A stretch of DNA of 64,000 nt, taken from contig CM119265.1 in assembly GCA_051294375.1 (NCBI GenBank), positions 13,942,124-14,006,123 of the forward strand, in the 5' to 3' direction. The DNA is from Paraspadella gotoi. Taxonomy: Eukaryota; Animalia; Chaetognatha. The translations under genes were made by a program, and so were the position numbers. Shown here one piece after another: positions 26,243-38,359 of this stretch. Position 1 is the stretch's first letter. Each line of letters opens with the position of its first letter. The notes beneath the pieces are model-generated. The model was not told where the DNA came from. It did not search any database and worked only from the letters and a program-made list of their open reading frames with translations.

Positions 26243-28969
26243 TCAGATCAGTAGCCGGCTTCCCGAGCGACCACCGAACAGAGTGGCCAACTGGGGTCAA
26301 ATCCGTGGCGACGAAAACGTCGTCGCCACATCCCCGCCCCCCACGAAAAGTCCGCAGGACTTTTTTCACGGCGTTTTTGTGGGCGTGGACGTGGCGACGG
26401 AGCAAAGGGAGATGAATTTCGTCGAGCCGGTGGTAGTTTTTGACTCCAAGCTGGCCGTGCCGCACAAACAGCGGCGTATGTAGGTCGTTGTGGTCGTGAA
26501 GGTCTTGGTTTAAAATTTTTCGGTGCAAGCTTGGGCGTATGGAGTGCCAGCCGAGGAGTCCGAGGTGCTGGCCTGGAAATCCGGGGTGCCGGCCTGAACG
26601 TCGGCAGTGCCGGTCTTGACGTTAGTGGTGCCGGTCTGTACTTTGATAGTTCCGGTCTGTACGTTGATGGTGCCGGCCTGTACATTGATGGTGCCGGCCA
26701 AGATGTATGTAGAGTCCGAGGTGGTTGTTTTGGCCTGCAAGGTGTTACGGGCGGAGGAGCCGTCACAAGGTCGCGCCTGACTGCACGTATCGCTGCGATA
26801 GCAACTCCAATGAGACGGTGGGCATTGTTGGTAAATGATGACGCCGACAGCCGTGCGGCGTTTAGTACATCGATTGCCGCTGACATGGCGTCTGTGAGAT
26901 TGATGTCAGTGACAATTCCAGCCTGTGTAGAGCCATCGACCATGATGACGGCATCCGTCTCCGTGGCAGTGTCACTGCATTTAACGGCGGTGGTAGCCGT
27001 ACCAACAGTTGAAACGGACTTGGTGGTGTTGGTGGAGGCATCAACTGTAGTGACGTTGTTTGTAGCAGTAAAAGCGTCTTTCTTTGAAGGGATCCATCCT
27101 GGTGGCGGCGTTTTCATCAGTGCCGCGAGTGCTGCTGGTGCATCCAGCAAAGCCTTAGATGTGGTCAGACATTTTTTTTCAAATATTACAGCGCAAAAGT
27201 TTTCTTTGATTTCTTTAGATTGTAATGCGATGACCAAATTAATTGTTTGGATATCATTAGTGATTTTAACGTCCGTTTCATTCTTCGTAATTTTCAGTTT
27301 TCTTGAAACTGTAATGTTAAGGTAATGTTTTTCCGTAAAACCGTACAGGCGACCGTAGCTGGTGAAGATAATCTGTTTTTTCCGCGCATTGTCTCTGACT
27401 ATTTTTAATTCACCCGTGTGGAAAGCTTCACCATACGGAAGCATCGCATCAAAAACATAGGCAGGGGTGATAAAAAGGTCCGTCATGGTTTTTTATTTTT
27501 ATTTTTTTTGNNNNNNNNNNTTTCCCACTAAATAACTAAATAACATACTTCTTTATCCATACACAAAATTTCAAGAAAATTTCCCGATCCGCTCAGTAAT
27601 TGACGGACGGACGGACGGACGGACGGACGGACGGACGGACGGACGGACGAACAGACAGAGACGGACATTGATTTTTTTTACATAATTTATCATAATTCTA
27701 TTTATCTGAAATGATTTACGACAAGATTTTGGTGTGGGACCAACAAAGTGAATCGTAGAGCCGGAATCTGCTGTAAGCAGATCCGGCGAAAAAAGTTATT
27801 TAATATTGATGTCTTTAATTTTCTTCACTGCAACATTTTAAACATTTACACAAACACTTTTAAAAATTAAAAAGAATATTTAATTGAAATTTGGTGCCTA
27901 CCTATGATGATGTCGGGGTTTCTTCTTAGAACAGCCTCTTGAGCCTTGACGTCCAAACCCCCGGCGGCAAGACCAAAGTCGATATTCGTGAACTGCGCCA
28001 GCTGCCGTGCGACTTGAAATACTTGTACGGCCAATTCACGGGTGGGGACAAGTACAAGAACGCGCGAACACGATTCTGATCCACGACTAGGCTATAATTT
28101 TTTTAAAGTGTAAAGTTAACAACCATCCAAGAAAAAAAAAGTATTATAAAGCGTATACTTGCCTTGTACAAAAGCCTTTCAAGAACCGGAAGCATAAATG
28201 CAGCGGTCTTTCCAGAACCTGTGATAGCAGAGGCACAAATGTCTCGACCGAGAAGGGCTACAGGCACAGTGGCCGCTTGAACGGGAGTCGGCGAGATGAA
28301 GTTCACCGCGCTCAAAGCCTTCATTAGGGGCCGGCTTAGATTCATTTCATTGAAGGACGATTCAGGGTCCACAATGGGACCCTCTTCAAAGAAACTATCA
28401 ACTTTATTTTTCTTCTTTGCAGCTTTGTCTTCTTTAATCTTGACTCTGTCTACTTTCGTCATCACTTTGGAGTTTTCTTCCTCTATTTCTTCTCCCTCCT
28501 CTTCTTCCTCTTCCTTGCTTTCTTTCTCCTCAATCTCCATCGGCTCTTCCTGATTCTGAGGTTTTTTTTCTTTTCTTACGACGGCGATTTTGTCATCGAG
28601 AGTCGTTCGCGACGACTTTTTCGTCATTTCCATCACTGTCTCAAGAGCCGTCTTTCTTTTCTATAAAAATAAAAAATGAAGAAACCGTAACTCAAAGTGA
28701 CAATTCAAGGACCCTCCTCAGTTTCTTACTTTGAAAACCTCAACTAAGCCGGTGTCATCGACGTCAAACTGAAATTGATCGTTGAAATCGGTGCCATCCT
28801 CTCCGTTAGCTTTCTTCTGAGTCTTTTTCCTCTTCTTGGGAACCACGGCGTCGGCGTCTTCGTCCTCGTCGTCAGAAGACGAGAAATACTGAATCTCTTT
28901 ACTGTCATCGGCGGCAATAGAAGCGAGAAAGACGGGATCCAAAGGGTCAAACGTTTCTAGAGTCCCCAT
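18817..28969 (-). CDS. DDX27: DEAD-box RNA helicase DDX27/Drs1; multi-exon with two large introns
   Basis: [53 protein letters not shown]; acidic N-terminus, Lys-rich C-terminus. Confidence 0.93.
20320..21142 (+). CDS. Single-domain PDI/TXNDC5-like thioredoxin nested antisense in a DDX27 intron; 3 exons
   Basis: Spliced: [37 protein letters not shown]...IAEVDC...[19 protein letters not shown]...YNGQRT...[10 protein letters not shown]. The signal-peptide ATG at 20320 needs a poly-T length correction; the next in-frame ATG is at 20367. Confidence 0.8.
21287..21849. repeat. Imperfect ~265 bp inverted repeat with hammerhead-like core, probably Penelope pLTR-derived
   Basis: 21287-21550 is reverse-complementary to 21580-21849. 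Minus strand 21343-21381 reads CTGATGA-T-GACTT..AAGTC-GAAA. Confidence 0.65.
22245..26052. repeat. Near-identical ~1.85 kb inverted duplication centred on the N-gap at 24093-24117; probably a fold-back artefact
   Basis: Right arm mirrors the left arm, including a DDX27 exon with 1-bp indels. Confidence 0.85.
26248..27486 (-). CDS. 412-aa intronless ORF of unknown function, possibly retrotransposon ORF1/gag-like
   Basis: Long open frame starting at ATG; 21-bp tandem repeats (RPAPSTY-like heptads); RPTYAAV motif; next to a (GA)n tract and a gap. Confidence 0.4.
   Translation of the reverse strand: MTDLFITPAYVFDAMLPYGEAFHTGELKIVRDNARKKQIIFTSYGRLYGFTEKHYLNITVSRKLKITKNETDVKITNDIQTINLVIALQSKEIKENFCAVIFEKKCLTTSKALLDAPAALAALMKTPPPGWIPSKKDAFTATNNVTTVDASTNTTKSVSTVGTATTAVKCSDTATETDAVIMVDGSTQAGIVTDINLTDAMSAAIDVLNAARLSASSFTNNAHRLIGVAIAAIRAVRRDLVTAPPPVTPCRPKQPPRTLHTSWPAPSMYRPAPSTYRPELSKYRPAPLTSRPALPTFRPAPRISRPAPRTPRLALHTPKLAPKNFKPRPSRPQRPTYAAVCAARPAWSQKLPPARRNSSPFAPSPRPRPQKRREKSPADFSWGAGMWRRRFRRHGFDPSWPLCSVVAREAGY
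27521..27795 (-). mobile_element. Helentron-associated non-autonomous element (HINE/DINE-1-like) end
   Basis: On the minus strand: T-run, hairpin GCCGGATCTGC...GCAGATTCCGGC, then a (GTCC)n microsatellite. Same hairpin at 26054-26103; microsatellite also near 24050-24245. Confidence 0.6.
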
Positions 28970-29085
28970 CTTAGACGTATAAAAAAACTTAAAATGAAAA
29001 TTAATTTTAATGTAAAAAACATATATTAGATAAATCGCGAAGTCAAATTCTATTTATGAATATGATTTAATCAAAACGTAACACG

Positions 29086-31353
29086 CTAAAACAAAGCCCC
29101 GACAGCGTCTTTTATACCAAACTCTCGATTTAACGATTCGATATTTTTTTGATTCACCAAAGGCAGAAGGTCATGTCTGCCCATCAGCGAAGCCGCCAAG
29201 CGCAGCGTCGACCAAATGTTTTCGCTCATCGACGCCGTCCGAGATGATGTGACTGGACCGATGCCGGTCGACTGAAGGTGCAGCGCTGTCAAAAGGTGTT
29301 CTACGGCCTGTCGATAAGCGGAGAGGTTGACGCAAGCGATGCCCAGATTGTAGCGGCAGCGAACAAACCCCGGCGAAAGCCGCAGGGCGCGGTTATACGC
29401 TTCGACGGCCTCTTCGCTACGATTGCCGTTCGCCAGGGTAGCTCCAAGCCGGTTCCAAAGGGCCGCATCGTCGGGGCGAGCTTTCAATGCGGCCTGGACA
29501 GAGTATGTAATTTTTAGGAAAAAAGGTCTCCTAATACCACGAATTATTCACCTGAAAGCAATCCACGGCTTTGTCGTATTCCCCGGAGATGTTGAACAGC
29601 ACCCCCAAACCGGACTGAAGCTCGAAGTCAAATTCGCCCCTGGCCGTTGTCTCCTTAACGGCCTCGATGAAACGTGAGCGAATTTCTTGATGCTCCGTCG
29701 GCGAAAATATCGACGAAAGAATCTGGCGAGTGGAAGATGCCGCGTCGCTCGAGCCCTCGACACTGGAGGTTGTCGATCCAGAGTCGACGATCACGTGACG
29801 ATACTTGTCATTCGCTTCGAACCAACGCCTCAGGGCGTCGCAGCCTTGCTTATAAAGCGACTCATTAGTGTAGCTGACGGCAAGCGCCATCCACGCCGTC
29901 AAGTTTTTCGGAGAAAGTTCAACGCACTTCCGTAGTGCAGCAATGCTGGCGGGCTCTTGCTCGTTTTCGGCTTGAGAAGTACCGAGCAACTGCCAGGCTT
30001 CAGGATTGTTGGGATCTAAATGAGGCGAAAGCTAGCGTAAATTAAAGAGTTATAAAAAAGCAATTGATATCATTAGAATTAGCCTTTGAACACCTTTTTG
30101 CACGGCCGACTCGAAGAGTAAAATAGCGTTTGCGAGGTCCCCTCGGCGTAGCCCCGATCTTCCCTCTTCGATCGCGTCCCCGATGAAATCCTTGAAAGGG
30201 TTGTTGTCGTCGAATACATAATTCTCTCTGCGGTTGGCAACTTGATCAAATGTCTGAAACCAGTCACTGTCGGCTTTCGCCCCGGCTTTCTCCCACTCTC
30301 GTTGAAGTTTTTCCCAGAATTCAGCTGCATTTTCTTCAACGGCGGCGTCGCTTTCTGCTTGGTGCGACGACGAAAACTCGGAACTCCAAGCAGCGGCGCC
30401 GACTTGAGTTTCGTCAGCGGCTTCACCGGTTCGCCCTTCGCCGGCTTCCAATTCTGCCACCCAACGATCAGCTACCGACACCCTGCCAGAGGCGGGGAAT
30501 TCCTCCGACAACTGTTGACGGTCAGGACCAGTCTTGATTTCGCCGTCGCCGAACTGCTTGACAAACTTTAAGAATTCAACGTCTGAGAATTTAGGTTCTT
30601 CCAAAGTCCCGAGGAGTTCGTTCGTCGTTCGTGTCAATTCTGGGTTTTGGGATTCAAAAGCTTTGATCCAGTCGGCGGGAGAGACGGGAGTGGTTGCAGC
30701 GGTGGCGGAAGACGATTCCTCCTCAAAGGCTGATAAGTATTCACTGGACCAACGGGCATCGTCAAGTAGAAGAGGATCAGATCCGAAAGAGGAAGAGTTG
30801 GAATGCTGAATCACTAAATCGTCGTTCTGAAGAAATTCTTCTGCCCATCTAAAAACCATACAAACTAAAATTGTCAACCAAGCCGTCTGGCGGAAACTGG
30901 AGAAAAGAAAGACAACGCTGACCTCGCAGAACCTCTGGCGACGATCTCTGAAACAGTAGGACCTCGAATTGGACCAGAGACCATCGTCTCGCGGTGCTCC
31001 TCAGCATCGATGGCCAGCATCTCGTTAAGTAAGTCGTTCATGTGGAACGTCTCGGGAGCTAAGCGTTGACGCTGCTCGCTGAGTAGAAATTCTTCGAACA
31101 ATACGTCCTGTTAACAGAAGTAGATTTAGTAACGAGCGCATACGACATAAGACTTACGATAAAAAGTTTTATTTACCGCGGGATGCAGAGAGACTGGTTC
31201 ACTGAGTCTCGAACGCTCATGACCCATGGAAGTTCCGTGGGCAAGAAAGTCTTCCCGATTGGACGGATCTCCCGTCAAGTGGCGGGAAATTTGAGTCAAA
31301 GGGTTGGGACGTCCGCATTCCCCTTCTCCAATACCCTGCGTCGCCGACGCCAT
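29086..31353 (-). CDS. PEX5: Peroxisomal PTS1 receptor; multi-exon
   Basis: N-terminal ECGRPNPL, WxxxF/Y motifs (WAEEF, WSSEY, WIKAF, WSSEF), TPRs LGTSQAENEQE and LWNRLGATLANGNRSEEA. Confidence 0.95.
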
Positions 31354-31534
31354 GCTCCACGCTTTTCCGTTTAAGCTAGTAATAAAAGCTAACACATTAA
31401 AAAAATACAGTCTATTTGAAAGCAAAGCTTGGCGTTTATTAAATGCAATAGAAAAATCGTAGAAGCATGACTCAAACACAATTTTAATCAAATTATGTAA
31501 CGTGCACGATAAATCGTTCTTTGTAAATATTCTT

Positions 31535-32892
31535 TCACTTTTTCAATTTGGAAATTCTCGCGTCCAAGGCCGTACAATTTTTCTGAATTACTTCAAGGTT
31601 TTCTGCGAGAGTGGATTGAACCTTGGAAACCAAAGCAGATTGCGTCGTCAGATTCCCGGAAATCGTTTTTTGCATCGCCTCGAGCTGTTGCAAAGTCTGA
31701 CCAAAGTTGGTAGCCTGATGATGAAGCTCGTTAAGAGTAGTCATTCTGTCGGAGATGTTTGGCAACGTGGAACATAACGCTTCCCACTTCTCCATCGTTT
31801 CGTGGATTTCCTTAATGCGCATCGCAGTATCTTCGGGAAGTTGTTCGGAGGAGGCAATGGCGGCTCGTTTTTCACCAATCTGCTGGAGGCGAAGCTGGAG
31901 CGCTCCCAATCGGCCGTCCACCTGGTCAATCATCTTGGGATTGAGCAGATTAATTTTGGTCCTAAGGTTGTCCACGGCGCCGAGCAAACCGTCGGCATCA
32001 CCTTCTCCCTTAAGGACTGCCAGCTTTTCTGGGTTAGACCCTAAGATAGACTCAAGCTTGGCGAGGCGCTGCTCAAGTGTAGCGACGCGGGACGTGTGCT
32101 CAAATGAATCCGCATCCGGTTTCTCGTACAATTCATACACCGGATTATTACACGCTTTTCCTGGAAAGTCAAAAAAATATCATATTGAGTCTTTGTCGGT
32201 GATAAATGACAAATAACGGACCTGTAGCGGATTTCTCTCCCTTCTTGGGTGCTCCTTTAATTTGCTTAATCTGACTTAGCAACTTTTCCTGAACATTTCC
32301 GGTTGGGTCGCTGAGGTTGACGAAGTTTCCACCTACATTCTTTTGCAACTGCATAGAATTGAGTTGCCCTTGAAGAGCAACGACGTTTTGATGAAGCGCA
32401 GCGGGAGAAATCTGTGAAGATTTCGAATCGTCGACTGCCGCTTGTTCGGCGCGACCGAGATCCTCAGAGAGCTCGTGCATCTCCATCTGTACATAAAAAT
32501 TTAAAATATCAATTTCAATAGGCACAATAAGATAATATCGAGTTAAAACGAGGATAAGAAAACGAACGCAAATTAACCTGCAATCTTCTGAATCGCATCT
32601 CCAGAGTTTCATCTTCCCTGCGAGCTTCCACGTGGTCGTACCCGGTTTTCGATGCTAATCCAACAGTATCGGAGAAGTCGACTCGGCTCGAATCGATTCG
32701 TTTGTCTCTGAACTTTCCGTAAACATCTTTGACATTTACGTTGATCACCTCCAACTGTTCAGCCGTTTCGCTCTCTGCGGCCGCCGCCGGATCGGGTTGA
32801 TCCGACTCGGGCAAGTCGCTCGTCTCGAACACATCACGTTGACTTGTGTCGATTCCGGGCAAATGCGCGTATTTTGGATCAATCATCGCCAT
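31535..32892 (-). CDS. DCTN2: Dynactin subunit 2 (p50/dynamitin); 3 exons
   Basis: DPKYAHLPGID...DVFETSDLPE, VDFSD, YELYEKP, coiled-coil C-terminus. Confidence 0.93.
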
Positions 32893-33216
32893 TTACTGTA
32901 GAATACTGATTCTTAAAATAGTAACACGGTGTATCAAATCAAATAAACAGGATAAAAATATCCGCCACTTTAGCGAATTTCAATTTCGATTAATTATTGC
33001 AATTTGAAATATCAGTCAAACGTATAAATGAAAAACTCACGGCACATGTCATACGTAATACTACTAAAAGAAAAAACGATACGAGCGCGAAAACCAAACA
33101 AACAAAACAAAAACAAAAACAAAAGGCACCGAAAGAATGAAAGACCATGGCAATGTTGGCAATGATCACTAAAAACGGGTCAATGAGTTAACTGTTAAGT
33201 TAGTTTTTTTATAGAG

Positions 33217-34486
33217 TCACTTTTTGGAAGATGCAGAACTAGTCGGACTCCTTTTCAAATTGTCCGTCATTCCGAAGGGACAAACATTTTTAATGAGGCA
33301 TTCTGAACATTGGGGATGAACCGGCAGGCACACCTTAAAAAGGAGAGATAAAAATATCATTAGTATTAAAATTAAACATTTTAATAAAAACGATGCACTA
33401 TTAGGGGTTTACTTGTTGGCCGAATCCAACCAAGAGAGCGTTGATCTCCCCCCATAATTCCGTCGGCAGCCAATCCTCGAGAGCTTTTCGCGTGGCTTCG
33501 GGAGTTTTCGAAGCATCTTTAAGCCATCCCAAACGATTCGAAATTCTAACACAATCAATTCTGGTATTTATCAATTTGTAATATTGTTATTTTGAATTTA
33601 AAAAAAACAATAACCTGTGAACATGAGTATCTACTCCGATTCCATCCTGTTGTCTCCATGCGCACTGCATGGCTGTTGGATAAAAATTTTACCGATTGAA
33701 AATTCCGTGTTTACGAAGATATGAGCTAGTTTTCTACCTACTCAGATAAGCCATTTTGGGTCCAACTCCGGGCAACTGACACAGCTCTTTAACCGTTCGT
33801 GGAATATCGCCACCGTACTTGTCGACGACGACCCTCGCAGTTCGCTTGAGATAGATGACCTTCTTCTTCCAAAATCCGACCGGGTAAATCATTTTACCGA
33901 GCACGTCGTCGTCGAGAGCGAGAAGCCGGGAGGGTGTCAATCCGTGACACTTGAGCTTTTCCATCGCAGCGGAAGTGACCTCGTCTTTTGTTTGCGAAGA
34001 CAACATCAACGAAACGAGAATTTGAAATCTAAAATGAAGTGAGACAGCGTCGTCACGCGTCCCCGAATAGTCTATCATAAATGTTAAATCAGGATTCCGT
34101 CTCAATCACCGCTGAACTGAAGGCGAGGCGTCTCGATCGTGACAGCGTTCGCAACCCATGGTGTCGACGGGAGCGTCGCGTTTCGTGCGCATCTCGCGGA
34201 TTCCGTCGAATTGTTGGCGCCAATTTGGCGGAGTCCATTTGATCTTGATTTCACCATCATCTTCCTTAAGAATTTTTTTTGGTGACGAAAGTTCACTCGG
34301 CTCATTTTTTACATTTTCCTCAGTGGCGGACGAGTTTTTTAAATCGTATTTTATTTTGGTCGTGGATCTTTTCCGATTTAATCTAGTGCATGGCGTCTTA
34401 GAAGAAAAGTTATCAAAATAAGGAGATGTAGCCATGATGGTCTTTGAAAGTAAAGATAATTTTGATAATTGTAACGCTCCTCTCAT
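33217..34486 (-). CDS. NTHL1: Endonuclease III-like DNA glycosylase; multi-exon, alternative ATG at 34435
   Basis: [20 protein letters not shown], Hh[22 protein letters not shown]-terminal Cx6Cx2Cx5C 4Fe-4S motif. Confidence 0.95.
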
Positions 34487-34665
34487 GTGCAAGGGCTAAG
34501 GAATTCAACTTCTGCTAAAACTAAGGTTTGCAAAAAATTAACAAAAAGAAAAAAGAAAGAATGAACCTCTTGTTATTCTAATGATCACAAAATAACACCG
34601 ATTTGACTAGTAGTAGGTATACGTAAAAATATCGTGAGGGCACTAATCGATTTCATGAGAACTAT

Positions 34666-36439
34666 TTATTTTCCTTGTAACTGCTTCCATTCGTGGGAGG
34701 TTTTTTCGTTCCATGAGCGAATTTCCTGTCGCAATAACACCGCGTCGGCTTTCAGTTTCTCCTGCCGCTGTTGCAAAGAAGCGAGAAGAGTAAAGTTACT
34801 GAGAAGTAACTTGATGCCTTCGCTTTGACGCCGCGCTGCGATAGAGTCCCGCATATCGTCGCCGCTCATAGCGCGGGCAAAGTCTTTCTCCGACATGTTG
34901 AGGGTAGCATTGTCGAGGTGGTTTAAGATAAAGTCTACCGCGATACACAGATTAGTGAAGAAATACCTTATTAAAAGAGTATAATTCGTTCGTTGATCTT
35001 TTATTTAAGTTCTTTAATGAATTAGTAGCAAGTAACTCACCCGATCTCTCCTTCCCTGATTCGTTGAGGCAATGAAAATCGGCTAATGAAGTCGATGTTG
35101 CTGTGCAGCAATGGTGGGTTCGCTTGAAGAATGACGTAAAGAAAAAGCGGAAGAAAATCGTCAGCGGAGGCTGGTCGTCCTACGGACAACTGAATGGCCC
35201 GTTGCACGAAAGCTGCGCAACCGAGAACCGCATGAAGTTTGTCCTGAGGCGATCGTTGGGCGTCCATTTCAATGATGGCTGCAACGGCCTTGTCGAGCAT
35301 CTCACCCACAATATCCGAAACTTCTCCATTTGGCGAATAGATAAGACTGTGGGCGTCGAGGTGGTTTGGTGTAATCCAGTTTAATGATCGGATTCTCGAC
35401 TGAAGCTCCAAATCCTTTTCCTCCCATTCGGCATAAAGCAAACCGAATACGAGCGAGTACAGTTTAGTGAGCAGGTATTTTTCCACGAACTGGAAAAGGT
35501 GGTCAATCGTGTCCTCCTTCAGAAATTTGTAGACAGGTTGCGTGAAGATTCGCTGTTGCAACTCCGAATAGAAGTCTTGAATCTCCTGTTCCAGGTCGTC
35601 GAGGCTCAAATCCAGCTTCTCGGCTTTCACTTTGAAAGTATCGTAAAACAGTTTGACCTGATTAATGTCGGAAAGTAAGGTAGTCTTGTAATTTGATTCG
35701 ATCGTGGACTAATTTTTAAAAAACAAAAGGCAATTCGAATACTGTGGCGAATCCTAAATTCGCCTCCCGTATAGCTTGGTGAAACTCAGCTCGTCCCATT
35801 GGCTTGGACATATAAGTACTCGTTCAACAACCGTGAGTTCCGGGTTTAATCCTCTCACGGTCACGCTGGATAAAGTGTGATTGTGTCGGCATAAACACGC
35901 CAGTGACATGGGGTGTTCACTGCAGGTCCAAAGCCCTGAGCGCCAGCTGTCGGGAGATGCCTCACAACCCGGGCATCACACATAATACTTTTTTTAAAAG
36001 GGGAAAAGTCATCACTGAAAGGCCTTTTTCTCACCACCTGTCTTGACAAATCCAATGCAGTTCTTTTGTCCAAAGTCTTGAGAAATTCCGCGAAATCCGA
36101 AGATGCCTGTGACGTGACGTCGGAAACGAGGCGCGGTCGCTCCACCGCAGTTTTGTTGGAGACAGATGAACGAAAGACCCATCGGCGACGTTTCTTCTTG
36201 GATGGAGAAACGACGACGAATCCGTCGATGGTGCCGTCGTCGGCCATCGGCTCCGGAGACAGTGGAAGTTCTTCGTCACGCGATTCTTGCCAACATTTGG
36301 AGCAAAGGCCGTCCCATCCTGGGTTGCCGTAAAAACCGCAACCATTTTTGCAGTGAATCTTCCCAGGATCTGTCAAAAGTTGGCTAACTTTTCGACCTCG
36401 TCTTTTCGATTCGTCGGTTTCACTGACGTTTGAGGACAT
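34666..36439 (-). CDS. RABGEF1: Rab5 GEF Rabex-5; multi-exon
   Basis: A20 zinc finger [21 protein letters not shown]; VPS9 domain PASADDFLP...[16 protein letters not shown]; YFTNLCIAV. Confidence 0.92.
35740..35985 (+). mobile_element. Possible tRNA-derived SINE in RABGEF1 intron
   Basis: GC-rich island in an AT-rich intron with weak A-box-like TAGCTTGGTG and B-box-like GGGTTTAATCC. Confidence 0.35.
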
Positions 36440-36767
36440 AGTCTTTGGCTATTTATAAACATTCAGACTGCTGCATCATATTAATTTAATATGTGGTGGA
36501 TAAGAAAACTATTGTTAGAAATAGCTATTATGCTCGCGGCGAAAACAACACTTAGCTTTAAAAATAAGCAAGCAATTGTCCTATCCCTAATAACAAAATA
36601 TATTTTTTAGTCTTTCATTCAATTACATAAAACAACAATTCTGTTGAAACAGAAAAAAAATTTTTCAAGTAATGTTCTTAAAATCGAAAAAAATATAAAT
36701 GCAAATTTTATGCGAGGTAGTTTCTCTACATATACTGTACTGAATAAAAAAGCTTAAGGATAAAGGA

Positions 36768-38328
36768 TCAATCGTCAAGTTCTAGGTCGTCTTCTTCTTC
36801 CTTTTTTTTCTTTTTTTCTTTTCCCTCTTCTTCGGGTTCAGCATCATGTTCCATCGCTTGCATAAAGGCTTCAACATTTCCCTGAAATAAATAATTCAAA
36901 ATGAAAAAGTTTTCCTTATAAGCGCCGATTGGAACCAATATAAACCGAATGACGAATTTCAGCACCAGGCATAAAACGGGTAAATATTAATCAAACAAAC
37001 CTGCGCGGCGGCGGCAGAAACGTCTGAAGGCATTCCAAACTCATTCATAAGAGGACCGAGCTGACCCGACTGAAGAGCTGCTTGAAAGCTACCCATAGCT
37101 TGCTGAAACTGTGGCGTGCCCAAAGTTTGTCTAAGATAAGAATCAATACGTTTAATAGTATATATAGAAAAGGAAATAATTGATAGTTACATAAATACAT
37201 GTAACTACATAATATATTTGTTTATTAAAAGGATGGATAATTTATTAATTTTTATATTGGTTGTAGCAATTTCATACATAAATAAATAAACCAAGAATGA
37301 ATTATCTTTGTAAGAAAAAATATGCGAGTTTGAAAGATCTACACTTGAGTTTGAAAACCCAACCTGAGCTCCTCGGGAGTTTGATCAAGACCCTCGCCGT
37401 GCGGCAAATGCGGCGTCAAGACGTCACTCACTCCAGGGTTATTCAAGATAGGCGCCATATTTTCAGGAGTTATCACGCCGGCTAAATCAACTGAAGGTGA
37501 AAAAAAATCTTAAAAGTATAGTGATCTCGCCAGACGTTACTATCAAAGAAAATTAATGAAAAAATTTAAAAAAATAGAATGATTGATGCGATAAAAAATT
37601 ATAGATGTAATAATAATTGATTGATTGATGTAATAGTAATTGATTGATTGATGTAATAGTAATTGATATAATAGTAAATGATTGATTGATTGATATAATA
37701 GTAATTGATTGATTGATATAATAGTAATTGATTGATTGATATGATAATAATTGATTGATTGATGTAATAGTGATAGATTGATGTAATAGTGATAGATTGA
37801 TGTAATAGTAATTGATTGATTGATGTAATAGTAATTGATTGATTGATGTAATAGTAATTGATTGATTGATGTAATAGTAATTGATTGATTGATATATTAG
37901 TAATTATTGATGCGATGATAACCAAATGATTGATGCGATGATAACCAAATGATTGATGCGATGATAACCAAATGATTGATGCGATGATAACCAAATGATT
38001 TAAGCAATGATAACCAAATGATTTAAGCAATGATAACCAAATCATGGATGCGATGATAATCATTCATTGATACAATGATAGTCATTCATTGATCCGACGA
38101 TAGACATTGCTGCGATGATAATCATTTATTAATGCGATAATAGTCATTCATCGTAAATAAAACAAATGCGTGTATGAGTGAGAGAGAAAAAAAGAGAGAG
38201 AGAGAAAAAGAGACAGAGAAAAAGAGACAGAGAAAGAGAGAGAAAAAGAGAGAGAGAGAGAGAAAGAGAGAGTAAAAGAGAGAGAGAGAGAGAGAAAGAG
38301 AGAGAAAAAGAAAGAGAGAGAAAAAGAT

Positions 38329-38359
<31 letters not shown>

